Positions 47,354-59,079 of a stretch of DNA of 64,000 nucleotides are shown piece after piece. Both the position numbers and the translations under genes were made by a program. Source of the stretch: Chiloscyllium plagiosum (taxonomy: Eukaryota). Every line of letters begins with the position of its first letter. Within the stretch, counting starts at the first letter, position 1. The notes under the pieces are model-generated. The model saw only the letters and a program-made list of their open reading frames with translations, was not told where the DNA came from and searched no databases. The stretch is taken from NCBI RefSeq assembly GCF_004010195.1, contig NC_057719.1, forward strand, positions 30,501,054 through 30,565,053. Direction: 5' to 3'.

Positions 47354-48245
47354 ATGCTCATACACAGCTTAGCTAAACCCTGCTTTTGATGCAACTTGGA
47401 GCACAATTGATGTTTTAGGCTTCAATCAGTTCCATTAGCAATGGAAGAGAATAGGTCTTCTGAAGGCAAATGCATTCTGGTTTTCCAGGAATCACAAAAA
47501 TAATCTGGATTGCTGTCACTTAAGGAGCCTTGCCCTCCACCATCACAACAATCCAACCTCTTTTCTCATCCCTGTAACTTGCCTTCCAATTCATGAAATG
47601 ACAAACATAAATTACCTGGTTGTGTACCTATATCTTCCACTGTATTTAGCAATAAACTGAATCAGATGAACCTTGTTCACTATCAAAGGTCTCAAATTTG
47701 TTATCTCCTCTTATGGCAGATACCCTTTATGTTTAAAAAAAAATAGAATATTTGCTCCTTGCACTATTTTCCACATAGGCTATTTTATATGTTTATCAAC
47801 CTCTGCATGAACAGGTTATGCATCTACTTTACTGATGTCCTAGATCTTGTGTTAGTATTGTATATCTTTCTAGTAATTTATCAATTCCCTGCAATAACTC
47901 CAATACTTCAGTCGGATGTTCTCAGTTGCATTTTATCAAAATACAAATTCTGAGAATTGTTAAGCATTTCCTCATGGTAGACACGACAATCCTACTTATT
48001 AACTTAATTATCCTTAGCCCTCCCTCTCAATGTCTCCTGTAATACAGCACCTAAAACTGTACATTATACAATTTAGCTGACATTTCAATCCATACTGAGG
48101 AAGTGCTGCATAGTTAGTGTGTCTTTTCACCTTGGTTGTAAAATGGTCCTGTCAACTGAATGTTAAATATGCCATTGCACTCATTTCATTCAATTTGAAG
48201 TATTATGATACATACAGAATAGCTATGACATTCTTTTACACAGGA

Positions 48246-48556
48246 AGGGGAGATGGTGGTGTTGTGGCGGTATCATTGGATTAGTATTCAAATAAAATTG
48301 GAATTATAAGCTAGTATCAGTAACAGTGACTATATCATCAATTGTTGTAAAAGTCAGTCTATTCACTAATGCCCTTTACAGAATGAAAATGTCCTCTTTT
48401 TACCTGGTTTGGCCTATATGTAACTCTATATCCACATTGATGTGATTGACTGTTGACTGCCTAGCAAGCCATCAAATTCAAGAACAATTAGGGTTGGGTA
48501 ATAAATGTTGGCTTTGCCACCAATATCTACGTTCAATAGTAGAATAAATTAAAAAT
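48246..48556 (+). mobile_element. SacSINE1-like Deu-SINE, diverged
   Basis: ggggagatggtgg head, attcactaatgccctttac core, cctagcaagcca joined to caattagggttgggtaataaatg tail. Confidence 0.65.
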
Positions 48557-48699
48557 AAGCTGTTAGACTGGACCTGTGGCATGTGGTGAATGAATAAACA
48601 AGAGGGGAAAATATACTTGCCCTTACCTTCACCAACCTATCTGCTGAAGCCCCATCATCACATTGATGATACCCTCCATTGTGCTGTGGTACAAAGCTA

Positions 48700-48882
48700 A
48701 AGGTAAAATGCATAGGGCTGCTCTCTCACTAGAGAGACAATGGTGGTGGTTTAACCTGAGGGTTACCATGCCTCAGACAAGGGGACAGGTTCATGGTAAC
48801 CTCAGCTGGTACTGGAATCGAACTCAAGCTGTTGGTACCACTCTGTATCGCAAACAAACCATCGAGCTAACCGAGCTAAATG
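48700..48882 (-). mobile_element. tRNA-derived SINE, family unassigned; second copy at ~62255-62447
   Basis: Shared tggtttaa(c/t)ctgagggt(t/c)acc...catggtaacctcagc...gagcta; the minus strand begins ttagctc.gtt, which is A-box-like. Confidence 0.6.
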
Positions 48883-48899
48883 GGATATATTGTGAACAG

Positions 48900-50540
48900 A
48901 TCTCGTAACTCAAGACTGGTCATCCATGAGAAGCTGTGGACCATCAGCAGCAGCATTTTTATACTTCAGTACAATCTGTAACCTCATGGCCTGGAATTTG
49001 CCCCATTCTACCTTTACCATCAAGCCAGGAGATCAACATTTATTTAATGAAGAATCCTGAAGCAGCACCAACCATTCTTAATAATGAGGAATCAGTCTGG
49101 TGATGCTACAACTCAGGACTACATGCATACATAAAAGCATAAACAACAACTGATATATAGGGCTAAATGATTCCATATCATAGGATCAGATCTAAGCTAT
49201 GCAATCATTCCACATCCAGTTGTAAGTGGCGGTTGACAATTAAACAACTTACTGGAGAAGGAGGCTCCACAAATATTGCCATGCTTGATGACGGGGAGCC
49301 CAGCAGAAGTGCAAAAGATCAGGCTGAAGCAGCTGCAACAATCTTCAGCCAGTAGTGCTGAGTGGATGATCCAACTTGCTCTCCTCCTGAGGATCCCAGC
49401 ATCACTGCATGATATCAAATGCTAAATGCACTGCACACTGTAAAGGCTAAGCCCTGACAACTTTTAAAAAAAAAAATTCACTTGTGGGATGTGGATGTCG
49501 TTGCCTGGTCATTTATTGCCCATCCCCAACTGCCCTTGAGAAGGTAGTATTGAGTGGCTTTCTTGAATTGCTACAGTCCCCAAGCTGTAGGTTGACCCAC
49601 AATGCCCTCAGGGAGGGAATTCTAGATTTTGACCAAGCAACAGAGAAGGAATAGCGATATACTTCTAGGTCAAGATGGTGAGTGACTTGGAGGGCATGTT
49701 GCAGGTGGTTGTGTTTCCTTGTATCTGCTGCCTTTGTCCTTCTAAATGGAAATGGTCATGATAGAGTTGTCGAAGGATCTTTGGTGAATTTCTAAAGTGC
49801 ATCTTGTGGTTAGTACACATTGCTACTACGGAGTGGAGGCTTAAGGATGTGGTGCCTATCAAGTGGGCTGCTTTATCATAAATGGTGCCAAGCATCTTGA
49901 CTATCAACGTCCTGGGGATTACCATTGACTAGAAATTCAACTGGATTTGCAGTATAAACACAGTAGCTTTCAGAGCAGGTCAGAAACTAGGAATACTGTG
50001 GCAAGTAACTCACCTCCTGACTCCAAAAAGCCTGTCGACCATCTACAAGGCACAAGTCAGGAGTGTGATGGAATACTCACATGGATGAGTGCAGCTCCAA
50101 CAACACTCAAGAAGCTTTACATCATCTATGACAAAGCTGCCAGTTTGATAAACACCACACCCACAAACATTCATTCCCTACATCATCAACACAAAGAAGC
50201 AGCAGAGTCTACTATCTACAAGATGCACCACACAACTCACTTAGGCTCCTTAGATAGCACCTTCTAAACCCCTGACCACTGCCATCTAGAAGCACTAGGA
50301 CAGCAGGTAAATGGGAACACTCCTCAGAAATTCCTCTTCAAATCACCCATCATCCTGATAGAAATATATCATGTGTACTTCAGTGTTACTGGGTTAAAAT
50401 CCTGGAACTCCCTACCTAACAGCAATGTGGACATACCTGCATTGAATAAATAGCAGTTTTCAAGAGGGTGGCTCAACTCAAGGACAACAAGGGATGGGTA
50501 GTCAATGATGGCCCAACCAATGAAGCCCAAATTCTATGAT
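48900..50540. mobile_element. L2/CR1-group LINE fragments: plus-strand 48900-49460 and 49898-50540 around a minus-strand 3' end at 49466-49897
   Basis: Homologous to 27680-29005 (caagactgg.catccatgag; tggatgagtgcagctccaacaacactcaagaagctt). Confidence 0.7.
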
Positions 50541-50728
50541 GCATCTTATTTCTTTTTTTCAGAGATCAAATGGAGCATCTAAATAAATGCAAATCATTTC
50601 AAAATAACTTTCAACTTAGTGACTCTATCAATTTGAAACTACCTACATTTACCTTTAAAATTATTTGAACCTACAGTGCTTTTGATAGAGAGTGAACCTA
50701 CAGGCTAGCTAAATTATGATAGATTTAC

Positions 50729-50806
50729 CTGTTCGAAAATAATCCTCGAGTCAATATTTCACTGGTAATATCAGAGATGAACTCAAGATACTTCAATTCC
50801 TCTTCT
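50729..50806 (-). CDS. SPATA7: SPATA7 coding exon (78 nt, phase 2->2): EEELKYLEFISDITSEILTRGLFSN
   Basis: Acceptor ttccctgcag| and donor CAG|gtaaat. The peptide matches the conserved SPATA7 block that I recall as EEELLYLSFIEDVTDEILKLGLFSNR in human. Confidence 0.93.
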
Positions 50807-51004
50807 CTGCAGGGAAATGCATATGGCAGTAAGTAACCTGTAAGTACAATCTAGTGTGACAGTTTTGGAAGACTAGAGGAACCAGTTAATTATTTATCAC
50901 TCCAACTTACAAGATTTTGAGAGATTTCAAATTAAGGGGCTAGATACTGAGATCAAACATTATTATTTTTAGTATATTTCGCTCTGAATATTACCTATAA
51001 AATG

Positions 51005-51290
51005 TTAGATTAGATTACTTACAGTGTGGACCAACAAGTCCACACCAACCCGCCGAAGCGCAACCCACCCAGACCCATTCCCCTACATTTACCCCTTCAC
51101 CTAACACTACGGGCAATTTAGCATGGCCAATTCACCTAACTTGCACATTTTTGGACTGTGGGAGGAAACCCGCGCAGACACAGGGAGAATGTGCAAACTC
51201 CACACAGTCAGTCGCCTGAGGCAGGAATTGAACCTGGGTCTCTGGCGCTGTGAGGCAGCAGTGCTAACCACTGTGCTACCGTGCCGCCCA
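51005..51290 (-). mobile_element. HE1/V-SINE, young
   Basis: (TTAGA)2 tail, V-domain core and gcagtgctaaccactgtgc head. Confidence 0.9.
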
Positions 51291-51523
51291 CGGTTTGCTA
51301 GAAAATTAGCACAGCTTTACATCCCCAAAAGTAGTGTCAACAACCCAAAGGAAAACAATGTAATTAATGCAGCATACATAGCAAGAACAACAAATATGAA
51401 AGAAAAACAGAACTCTGACTATGACAGACAGAAAATCAGATGACTTCAAGAATTCTGAGAGTTCTCAGTTTGAATAACTTTGCCATTAATAACAACCATA
51501 ATGAAATAAAGTACAGTACTTAC

Positions 51524-51577
51524 TCAGCCTTAACTTTCTGCATAATTGATGACTTGATTTTATTTGAAGAAGATAAT
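51524..51577 (-). CDS. SPATA7: SPATA7 coding exon (54 nt, phase 2->2): LSSSNKIKSSIMQKVKA(E)
   Basis: Acceptor ttattttcag| and donor GA|gtaagt. It leads into the EEEL motif as in vertebrate SPATA7, recognised from memory. Confidence 0.85.
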
Positions 51578-52129
51578 CTGAAAATAATTGATTTGAATAG
51601 ACGATCATAGGGGTTACAATGTAAACAATGGATGTCAAAGTCAACCAAGCAACAAGCAAAATTTGATTACGCTTCTTGAAATATCTTGAGTTGTAGCTAC
51701 TTGTGAAATTTCTTCATTCCATCACCTTCAGTTCTCATTTAACTCATGTTTATTTTGAAAACCCACTCTTACAAGTTTAAAGACTTAATATTGCAGATGT
51801 ATACTTTCACTCAAGCAGTAATATCTACCATTGTACTTCACTGCATTCCTAGAAACAATCCTTTCGATCATGCGGAATAGAAATGACATTTTTTTCTATG
51901 GTGTTCCTGCACATCAAATTATCATTGCACATAAGTTAAACCCAAACACTGGAGTTCTCTACACAATACTAAAAAAAAATCCTGCAACTTTTGCCTTTGC
52001 ATACGTGTAAGCTAACACAATTTAGTGACCACTACTTGGAAATATTTCCAACTGCATCAGAAAACTGAGATTTGTTTTTATAATTATTGCTAGAGGTTTA
52101 TGAGCCATGTAATTCAAGATTTAATCAAA

Positions 52130-53520
52130 AAAACCATAAGACTTATCATAAATATAGACATTTAGCCCCTCAAATTCAATGAGATTATGGCTGATCTAAT
52201 AATCCACAACTCCATTTTCCTATCTTTTCCCTATAATGCTCGATTTGCATACCGATTAAAAATCAGTCCATTTCAGAATTGAATAAATGTACTTAATGAT
52301 CCAGTCTTGACAGCCCTATGTGGTAATGAATTCCACAGACTCCCCCTCTGAGAGAAAAAATTATCTTCATCTCTGTCTTAAGTGGGCAACCCCTTACTCT
52401 GCCATCTGGACTTAGACACTCCCTCAAGGGGAAATAACCTCTCCATATTTACGCTGTCATACTCCCTAAGAATTCCATTTCCTTCAATAAGGTCTCCTCT
52501 CATGCTTCTAAAATCTAATGAGTACAACTTCAGCCTACTCAATCTCCCCTAAGAAAATCCCTCCATACCAGGAATCAATCTAGTCAATCTTCTCTGGACT
52601 ACCTCCAATATTAGTATATCTTTCCTGAGACAAGGGGACCAAACTTTTTACAGTATTCCAGGTATGACATGAATAATGCTTGATACAGTTTATCAAGACT
52701 TTTCCCTATGAAATAAAGGTTAACACTCCATTTGCCTTCTCTATTACTTTGAACTTGGATGCAAGCTTTTTATAATTAATGTACAAGAACCTTTAAATCC
52801 CCCTGTGCCGCAGTTTTCTGCAGTCTTTCCATGCTTAAATAATATTCAACTTTTCTATTTTTCTGCCAAAATGCATGACCACACATTTTCCCACATTATA
52901 TCCCACCTACCAAGTTTTGATCATTCACTTGACCTGTCTCTATCCCTCTGTAGAGCTTTCATCATTCTCACTATCTCTCTTCCCATGTATATCTTGGTAG
53001 ATCTGCAAACTTGGCGATAATACATTTACTCTGCCATTCAAACCATTAATAAGTACTGTAAATAATTATTTCCTCAGTAATGATACCTGTGGCATTAGTT
53101 CCAGGTTATCATCCTGAAAATGCCATCTTTACCTCAACTCTCTGTCTCCTATTTAATTAGCTAATCCTTTATCCATGCTAATATACCACCTCCAACACAA
53201 GGGGCTCTTATTTTACTAAGTAGATTTATGTGAAGTACCTTATCAAATGTGTTTTGGAATCCAAATGAATTACATTTATTGGTTCTCTTTATCTATTCAG
53301 TTTGTTACCTCCTCAAAGAACTGTAATAAATTTGTCAGGCATGACTTCCCCTTCCTGAAGCCATTCTAATCCTGCTCCATCATATTTTGCATTTCTAACC
53401 AATCTGCTATAATAGTCTTTATAATAGATTCTATCTTTTTGCCAATGTCAGATGTTAGGCTAACTGGCCTACAGATTCCTGTTTTTTTGTCAAGCTCCAT
53501 TTTAGAACAAGGGTGTTAGA
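52130..53520 (-). mobile_element. Old CR1 ORF2 3' half
   Basis: ggggaccaaac, ccttatcaaatg, aaatttgtcaggcatgacttccc, ggctaactggcctac. Confidence 0.75.
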
Positions 53521-54143
53521 CGGATCTTCCATATTACTAGAGCTATTTAATAAAATAAGTAGAAGATAAATAATTAATTTGGATATGAAACCAAATAATA
53601 GAAGAGGTATTTCATTGGCAGATGGAAATTAATGTGCCTTAACCTTTTATTTGGAAATGGTGGTTTGTAACTAACATAGCTCTATTTATCAATTTGTTAC
53701 TGTCATTGCCAAACCTCAGTCAATGTATGTTCTTGTAAATATAATCACTAGTTTTAGCAATATTTTAAATTCCTAACAAAATAATCAGTAGATTCATTGT
53801 GACATTAAAATTCGAGAAAGCTTGACTGAAATATAAATATACCAGCCGGGCCAAGGCATGTGTTTCTACACAGTAGGCAGGCTGTAATTCCTATCTGTGA
53901 GGAACTATGCATTTATGTATGAAAAGGTCTTATCTTCAAAAGAATATTAACAAGAAAATTAAATGTGTAGATGAAATTCAACATAGCTAAAGAAACCTTG
54001 AGATGATGGACACAATGACTGATTACTTCCCATATTAAAGCATGTCTCGTTCTTTGTACGTACACCGAGTGATTTCTATTAATTCACATGGTAACTGCCC
54101 ATGTACTGTTTGCTTCAGAAAGTTGGCAGTCCATGATTATGAT

Positions 54144-54782
54144 TGTGACAAAGCTATGGCTTTAAGGGGTGTGTTTTGTCCTAATTTTTAAAATGAAGTG
54201 TGATTGACTCAGAGGTACCAAGCGTCTTGTTCCAAGCCAATAAAATAAATAGCTCATGAGGCCTTGGGCTTTTTTCAAAAAGTTGGAAGAATAGAAGTGG
54301 CCTGAATGGGTGGGATCAAACTCCCATAAAACCAGGATAGCATTCAGCAGCAGTTGCTTGAGTCTTGAAGCTGGATGTAGAAGCTTTCTTTCCTCCCACT
54401 GTTACAGCTAAAAGCTGTGGTTCTCTTCCTAAATCTAGAATTACATATGAGACAATCTATTTTATTAACTTTGCCTTTGTCAAGGCTGTACCTATGAAAT
54501 GTTACTATGTTGGAACAGTTAATGATTAGTTTATAATTTTAAGTATTTCGATAGAGTTTTACAGTTAAGTTAATTCTCTTCTTTTATTTTGTCTATATTT
54601 TAACTACAGTATATGAATAAAGTGTGTTTTGCTCCAACCCTAGTAGTTTGACCAATTGAATTGCATTCGGAATGCAAAGCCTGGCACTTGTCTTTAAATT
54701 AAGAAAAAGTTAGAGTTTCGGCTCTCTCCTGGACATGTTTTTTAGGGGGGGAGGAGGGGGGTGGTTGACTTCGTCCATAACA
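54144..54782 (+). repeat. Probable solo LTR
   Basis: TGTGACA...CATAACA termini and an internal AATAAA near 54616. No TSD found. Confidence 0.45.
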
Positions 54783-56536
54783 GTTGCAAATAGACCTCCA
54801 CGTGAGACTATTTTTTGTTGTTTATCTACAGATAGTTATGAAGTTGTTAATCACTGATAAGTTAAAAGTTGTATACAACTTTGTACTAATGTCACATCTT
54901 TGCTGATTGCATTTTTCTTCTGCTCTTAATTGTTTTTACTGTTCTACTCAATACCAACTTCCATTTTCTTGTCTAAATTCTCCTGTTCTTCTGATCATCC
55001 TGTTAGTATATTCTTGCAGTTTTGCACATTCCAGTGAATGATTTCCCTTTCTTCTGGCAATATTTGTACAGGTTAGACTTTTGCTTTGCCTAATTTTCAA
55101 CTTGTTATTGATGCACATGGAATGTTGGTTTAATTAAGCTCTTGCACATACATTTATCGCACATGTTCAACAATATACCTTTAAATGTACTGCAGTTGTA
55201 TTAAGCTAACATAATATTGATCAACCTTCCTCAATTTAGTTACTTTATTGGTTGCCTCATTCTATTAAATTTAATCCTTTCAGGTATTGGGTCCTGGTTT
55301 TGGATGTTCTTGATTCCAAAATTATTTTTATAACTTTATTACTTTAATATCATTATTCACTCAGCACAACTCTGATTTCCAGAACCTGCATGTTTTCTGA
55401 GTCTTTAAAAAATGCATATTGCAATAAGAAAGCTGCAAGAGATACTACGCAAAGAAATAGTTATGCTTTATATTCAGTAACACTGACACTAAACCATTTA
55501 GATTTTCCCAGTTTATCTTGGGTTGATTAAAATATTCCATTAAAATAATAGGCGTTTCATATACTTTCATTACCTTTTAATTGATCAAACTCCCCAGCCC
55601 GCACTCCACTCCACCTCTTTGCTGACTGGGTGGTCAATAGAATAAACCTAGTGATAGTTTGGATTTTTTAGCATCTGATATCAAATTAGGGTAGTTAATT
55701 CTCAAGAAAATGAAGACTTTACAATTTCTAGCATTATTGACAAATTTAATCACTTATTGTGATGTTTCTTTTTTCAATTGTGATATAGCCAGGTCTGAAC
55801 ATTAACAGTATTGTGGTTAAGCGAGGGGTTGAAAGATTATCAGGCTTGGCAAGAATGTGTATTTAAGTTAAATTAGCTCAGTTATGAAGTCATTGAATTG
55901 TAGAGTAGGTCAAAGGGATGAATCACCTAATCCTGCTCCAAATTTATTTGTTTATACAACTTGCTACCACTCATGGGTACTATGATTGGAACCTTATTTG
56001 AAATATGGCATGAACAGGGAAATTGTGCACTGGAGTCAAAGATGATGATAAATGCTAGCATAGGAAGAAGGATGAAGAGCTTTCAGCTAGGGTCCTTATC
56101 CATCTAGAGAATTAGGATTTACAGGTAACAACTCTTACATTGCCACCTAAGCCAATAGCACATGCATGTCACCTACAGATTATGAAAGTAGTGCTCAGAG
56201 AATTCTGCCATCTCTTTAGGCCATAAGCTCAGTCTCAGAACACCCCAAGGAATCTAAAATGTAGAATTTTTATTTTGTGCTGTTGAAAGCATTTGATGAT
56301 GGTTAGATTTTTAATGATATGGTTAAACATTACTATAATTTGTCCAATCATTTGCATGTGCTCTCAGTAACCACATTTGCCAGCTATGATTCTGGACATC
56401 TTGGATGTTTGTTAGATTGAGAAAAGGGAAACAAAAACATAACTTTATGAATGGATTATTTTTGGACAGAAAAATTAATACATAATCAATGACCCAAAAC
56501 ACTGTTATGTGAACTCTAGGGAAAAGATCTGCTTTA

Positions 56537-56655
56537 TGCGAAAGTGAGTACTGCTGGAAATTAGAGTCAAGAGTGTGGTGCTGGAAAAGCACAGCAGGTC
56601 AGGCAGCATCCGAGGAGCAGGAAAATCTACGTTTCGGGCAAAAGCCCTTCATCAG
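56537..56655 (-). mobile_element. Short Penelope pLTR-derived insertion with an intact minimal hammerhead core and an 11-bp TSD
   Basis: TSD GATCTGCTTTA at 56526-56536 and 56656-56666. Minus strand reads AGATC-CTGATGA-A-GGGC-TTTT-GCCC-GAAAC-GTA-GATTT. Confidence 0.9.
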
Positions 56656-56873
56656 GATCTGCTTTAGTCAAACATTTGGTGAGTGGGACTAATAATGACA
56701 TTTATTTTGAAGACTAGAAAGTTAGAGAGATAACTGAAACAGAAATGGAGAACTAAAGGGAAAGAGAAAGAAATCAAAAACGGCAAATATGACAGTCTAG
56801 CCATAACAACAGGAAAGTATCAGAGAAGAACAAAATATGTACAAGACATTTAGACTTTTATTTGAATACATAC

Positions 56874-56977
56874 CTTTCTACACAGTAATCATAAGGGTGT
56901 TCAAAACTTTCTTGTAGCTCTTTGCAATGGGAATTGAGAGATAAAACATCCCTGTCCTCTTTATCATCAGAGCGAAT
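56874..56977 (-). CDS. SPATA7: SPATA7 internal coding exon (104 nt, phase 0->2): IRSDDKEDRDVLSLNSHCKELQESFEHPYDYCVE
   Basis: Acceptor ataaacag| and donor AAG|gtatgt. The frame is open and bridges the phase-0 exon upstream and the phase-2 exon downstream. Confidence 0.7.
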
Positions 56978-57289
56978 CTGTTTATTATAAACAGCCGACC
57001 AGAAAAACTTTATACACCTTATCGTTCTACTGAATATACATGATATTTAAAATGTCACCATACTATTCTAATTGACCAGAACTCGATGAATTTACAACTA
57101 ACATACATCAATATTAAAATTTACAATGATTATCATTTTTAAAATACTCATTCTGCAGATAGCGGCAACATTTGGAAGGCCAATAGCTTTAAAAAACATC
57201 CCTAGTTTGAAAAATGATATTGAGCCTTCTTCTCCAGCTATCACTGTGCATGAGATGAAGATAAATAGAGAAACCTAATGAGAATTAAG

Positions 57290-57970
57290 TAATGGCTATA
57301 TATTTCCGAGTCAGGGGGGCATTTGAGGGGAAACTTGGGACTGATGGTGTTTTCATGAACTTTTTGCCAGTGTCCTTCAGGTTATGGAAATTGCAGGTTT
57401 AAAAAGAGTTTAAAAAAATCTAGGTGAGTTGCTGTAGTGTATTCTGTACATAGTTGACACATAGGGGCTAGTGGTGGAAGAAGTCTATAGGTAAACTGAT
57501 GGATGAGTTCCAAATCAGTGAAACTACTTTGCCCTGAATAAAGTCTAGCTTCTTGAACATTGTTGTGCCTGCACCCATCCAGGAAAGAGAACAATATTTC
57601 ACCACGCGCTTGACTTCTCTCATGGAGGTGGTGGTAAGGTTTATGGATATCAGGAAATGAACCATTGGTTCCAGGATTCTCAGTGGCTAACATACTAGTA
57701 GTGGCAAGATTTGATAGGAAATTCAGCAATATTAAACCACTGGAAATGATTGGGTAAACTTCATGTTGCACCTGTATGGAAATGACTTGACTAAAATCAT
57801 GAATACTTCTAGATTCTTCAGCAATAAAGCCATGGTACTGTTGGAACTCACACCCTTTGTTGTAACCTGTGTATGCAGCTGTTTCTTTGGTGTTACATGA
57901 GGTTCATCAAAATTGCAATCTGTGATGATAAAGGGACCACAAGAAGTGATCACGAAGGATTATCTATCCT
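57290..57970 (-). mobile_element. Old L2/CR1-group LINE fragment
   Basis: SWMGAG.T.FKKLD.IQ.K, homologous to the 28535 and 50080 copies. Confidence 0.55.
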
Positions 57971-58239
57971 GAATTTATGTCTGAATGCGATCCCAAGTGC
58001 TTCAGCTTCAGCAATCACACGTCACATTCCAAAACTTATACACATTAATTTACATTGTAATTTCTAAAACTAAAAATTTTAAAAGCATTTGGTCATATGA
58101 AGAACATTAATTTTATCATAGAATATGAATTATACTTTGTGTAAAGAATATTCAGTCTCTTTCATTACCACAATACAAAGATTATTCGTTTAGTATATCA
58201 TTTAAGATTGCCTACAGTAGAAGTGAATTATCACCTAAC

Positions 58240-58300
58240 CTGTGATGAAGTAAACTGTGAAGGATCCTTCTTGTTCTTCAGTGAAGGTGCATCTCGAGAG
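58240..58300 (-). CDS. SPATA7: SPATA7 internal coding exon (61 nt, phase 2->0): SRDAPSLKNKKDPSQFTSSQ
   Basis: Acceptor gatttatag| and donor CAG|gttagg on the minus strand. The frame is open and its phase matches the next exon. Peptide conservation is low, so the call rests on splice sites and phase. Confidence 0.65.
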
Positions 58301-59079
58301 CTATAAATCATGAATATATCTTTATGAACTATAGTTTTAATTCAACTGCTTGAAGAACATGATAGCATTTCAGTATTGTTTCTAAGAAAAGGAAGAGAAT
58401 GGTCCTTAATCCACACTTATAAAATATTAATAATTTCTACAATTTTATAGATTATATAAAATGTGCACAATAGTTTTACAGAATGAATTAAAACTCTTCA
58501 GTTGATCTTTGAAATTAAGATCTTAAAATTATTGTCACTAACTGACATGTTTCAAACTGAAGCTATGTCTAACAGACTTGCTTCAGATTACCTGCAGGCA
58601 TAATCTTATATTTTAAACTCTAGGATACTTCAAGATCATTTCTAATTGGTAATTTCAGCAAAGTTCAACAAAAGCATTTAGGCAGGAAACTAAAAGGGGT
58701 TATTTTGGCGAGATGGGTGATATGCTAATACCTTACAGGGATGAGAACAGTCAAACCTAAAAGAGAGCATGCATTCTGGGATATACAGCTAAGTTTGGAA
58801 ATAAATGTCTAAAAATTCCAATATAATGAATTCATGAGTTGATTGAGCAGTTGCTGTTGGGACTGTGTTTCAACGTTAGTAATTTTGAAAAATGTAAATT
58901 TCTAAGCTAGTACAGGGAAAGAAAGAATCTATAGGCACAGGAGATTGAGTTGATTTGTGAATGATGGTGAAAAATTACTCCTTTAACTAATCTCCAGTTT
59001 ATTTAGTTAACTGCACAAGAAATAGGATAAAATGTGTTCAACCAATTCAGAATAATGAAAGATAAAGTGATTCTCTCAA

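Noticed and set aside
47616..47724. Possible cassette exon in a SPATA7 intron (donor CAG|gtaatt)
   Set aside because: The acceptor is weak and all three frames from it contain stops. The flanking exons already join in phase.
50807..50840. Upstream alternative acceptor (tacttacag) for the EEEL exon
   Set aside because: It adds 31 nt and shifts the frame; the proximal acceptor gives the conserved peptide.
58301..58385. Strong-looking acceptor (ttccttttcttag) upstream of the 61-nt exon
   Set aside because: All three frames hit stops before the donor.
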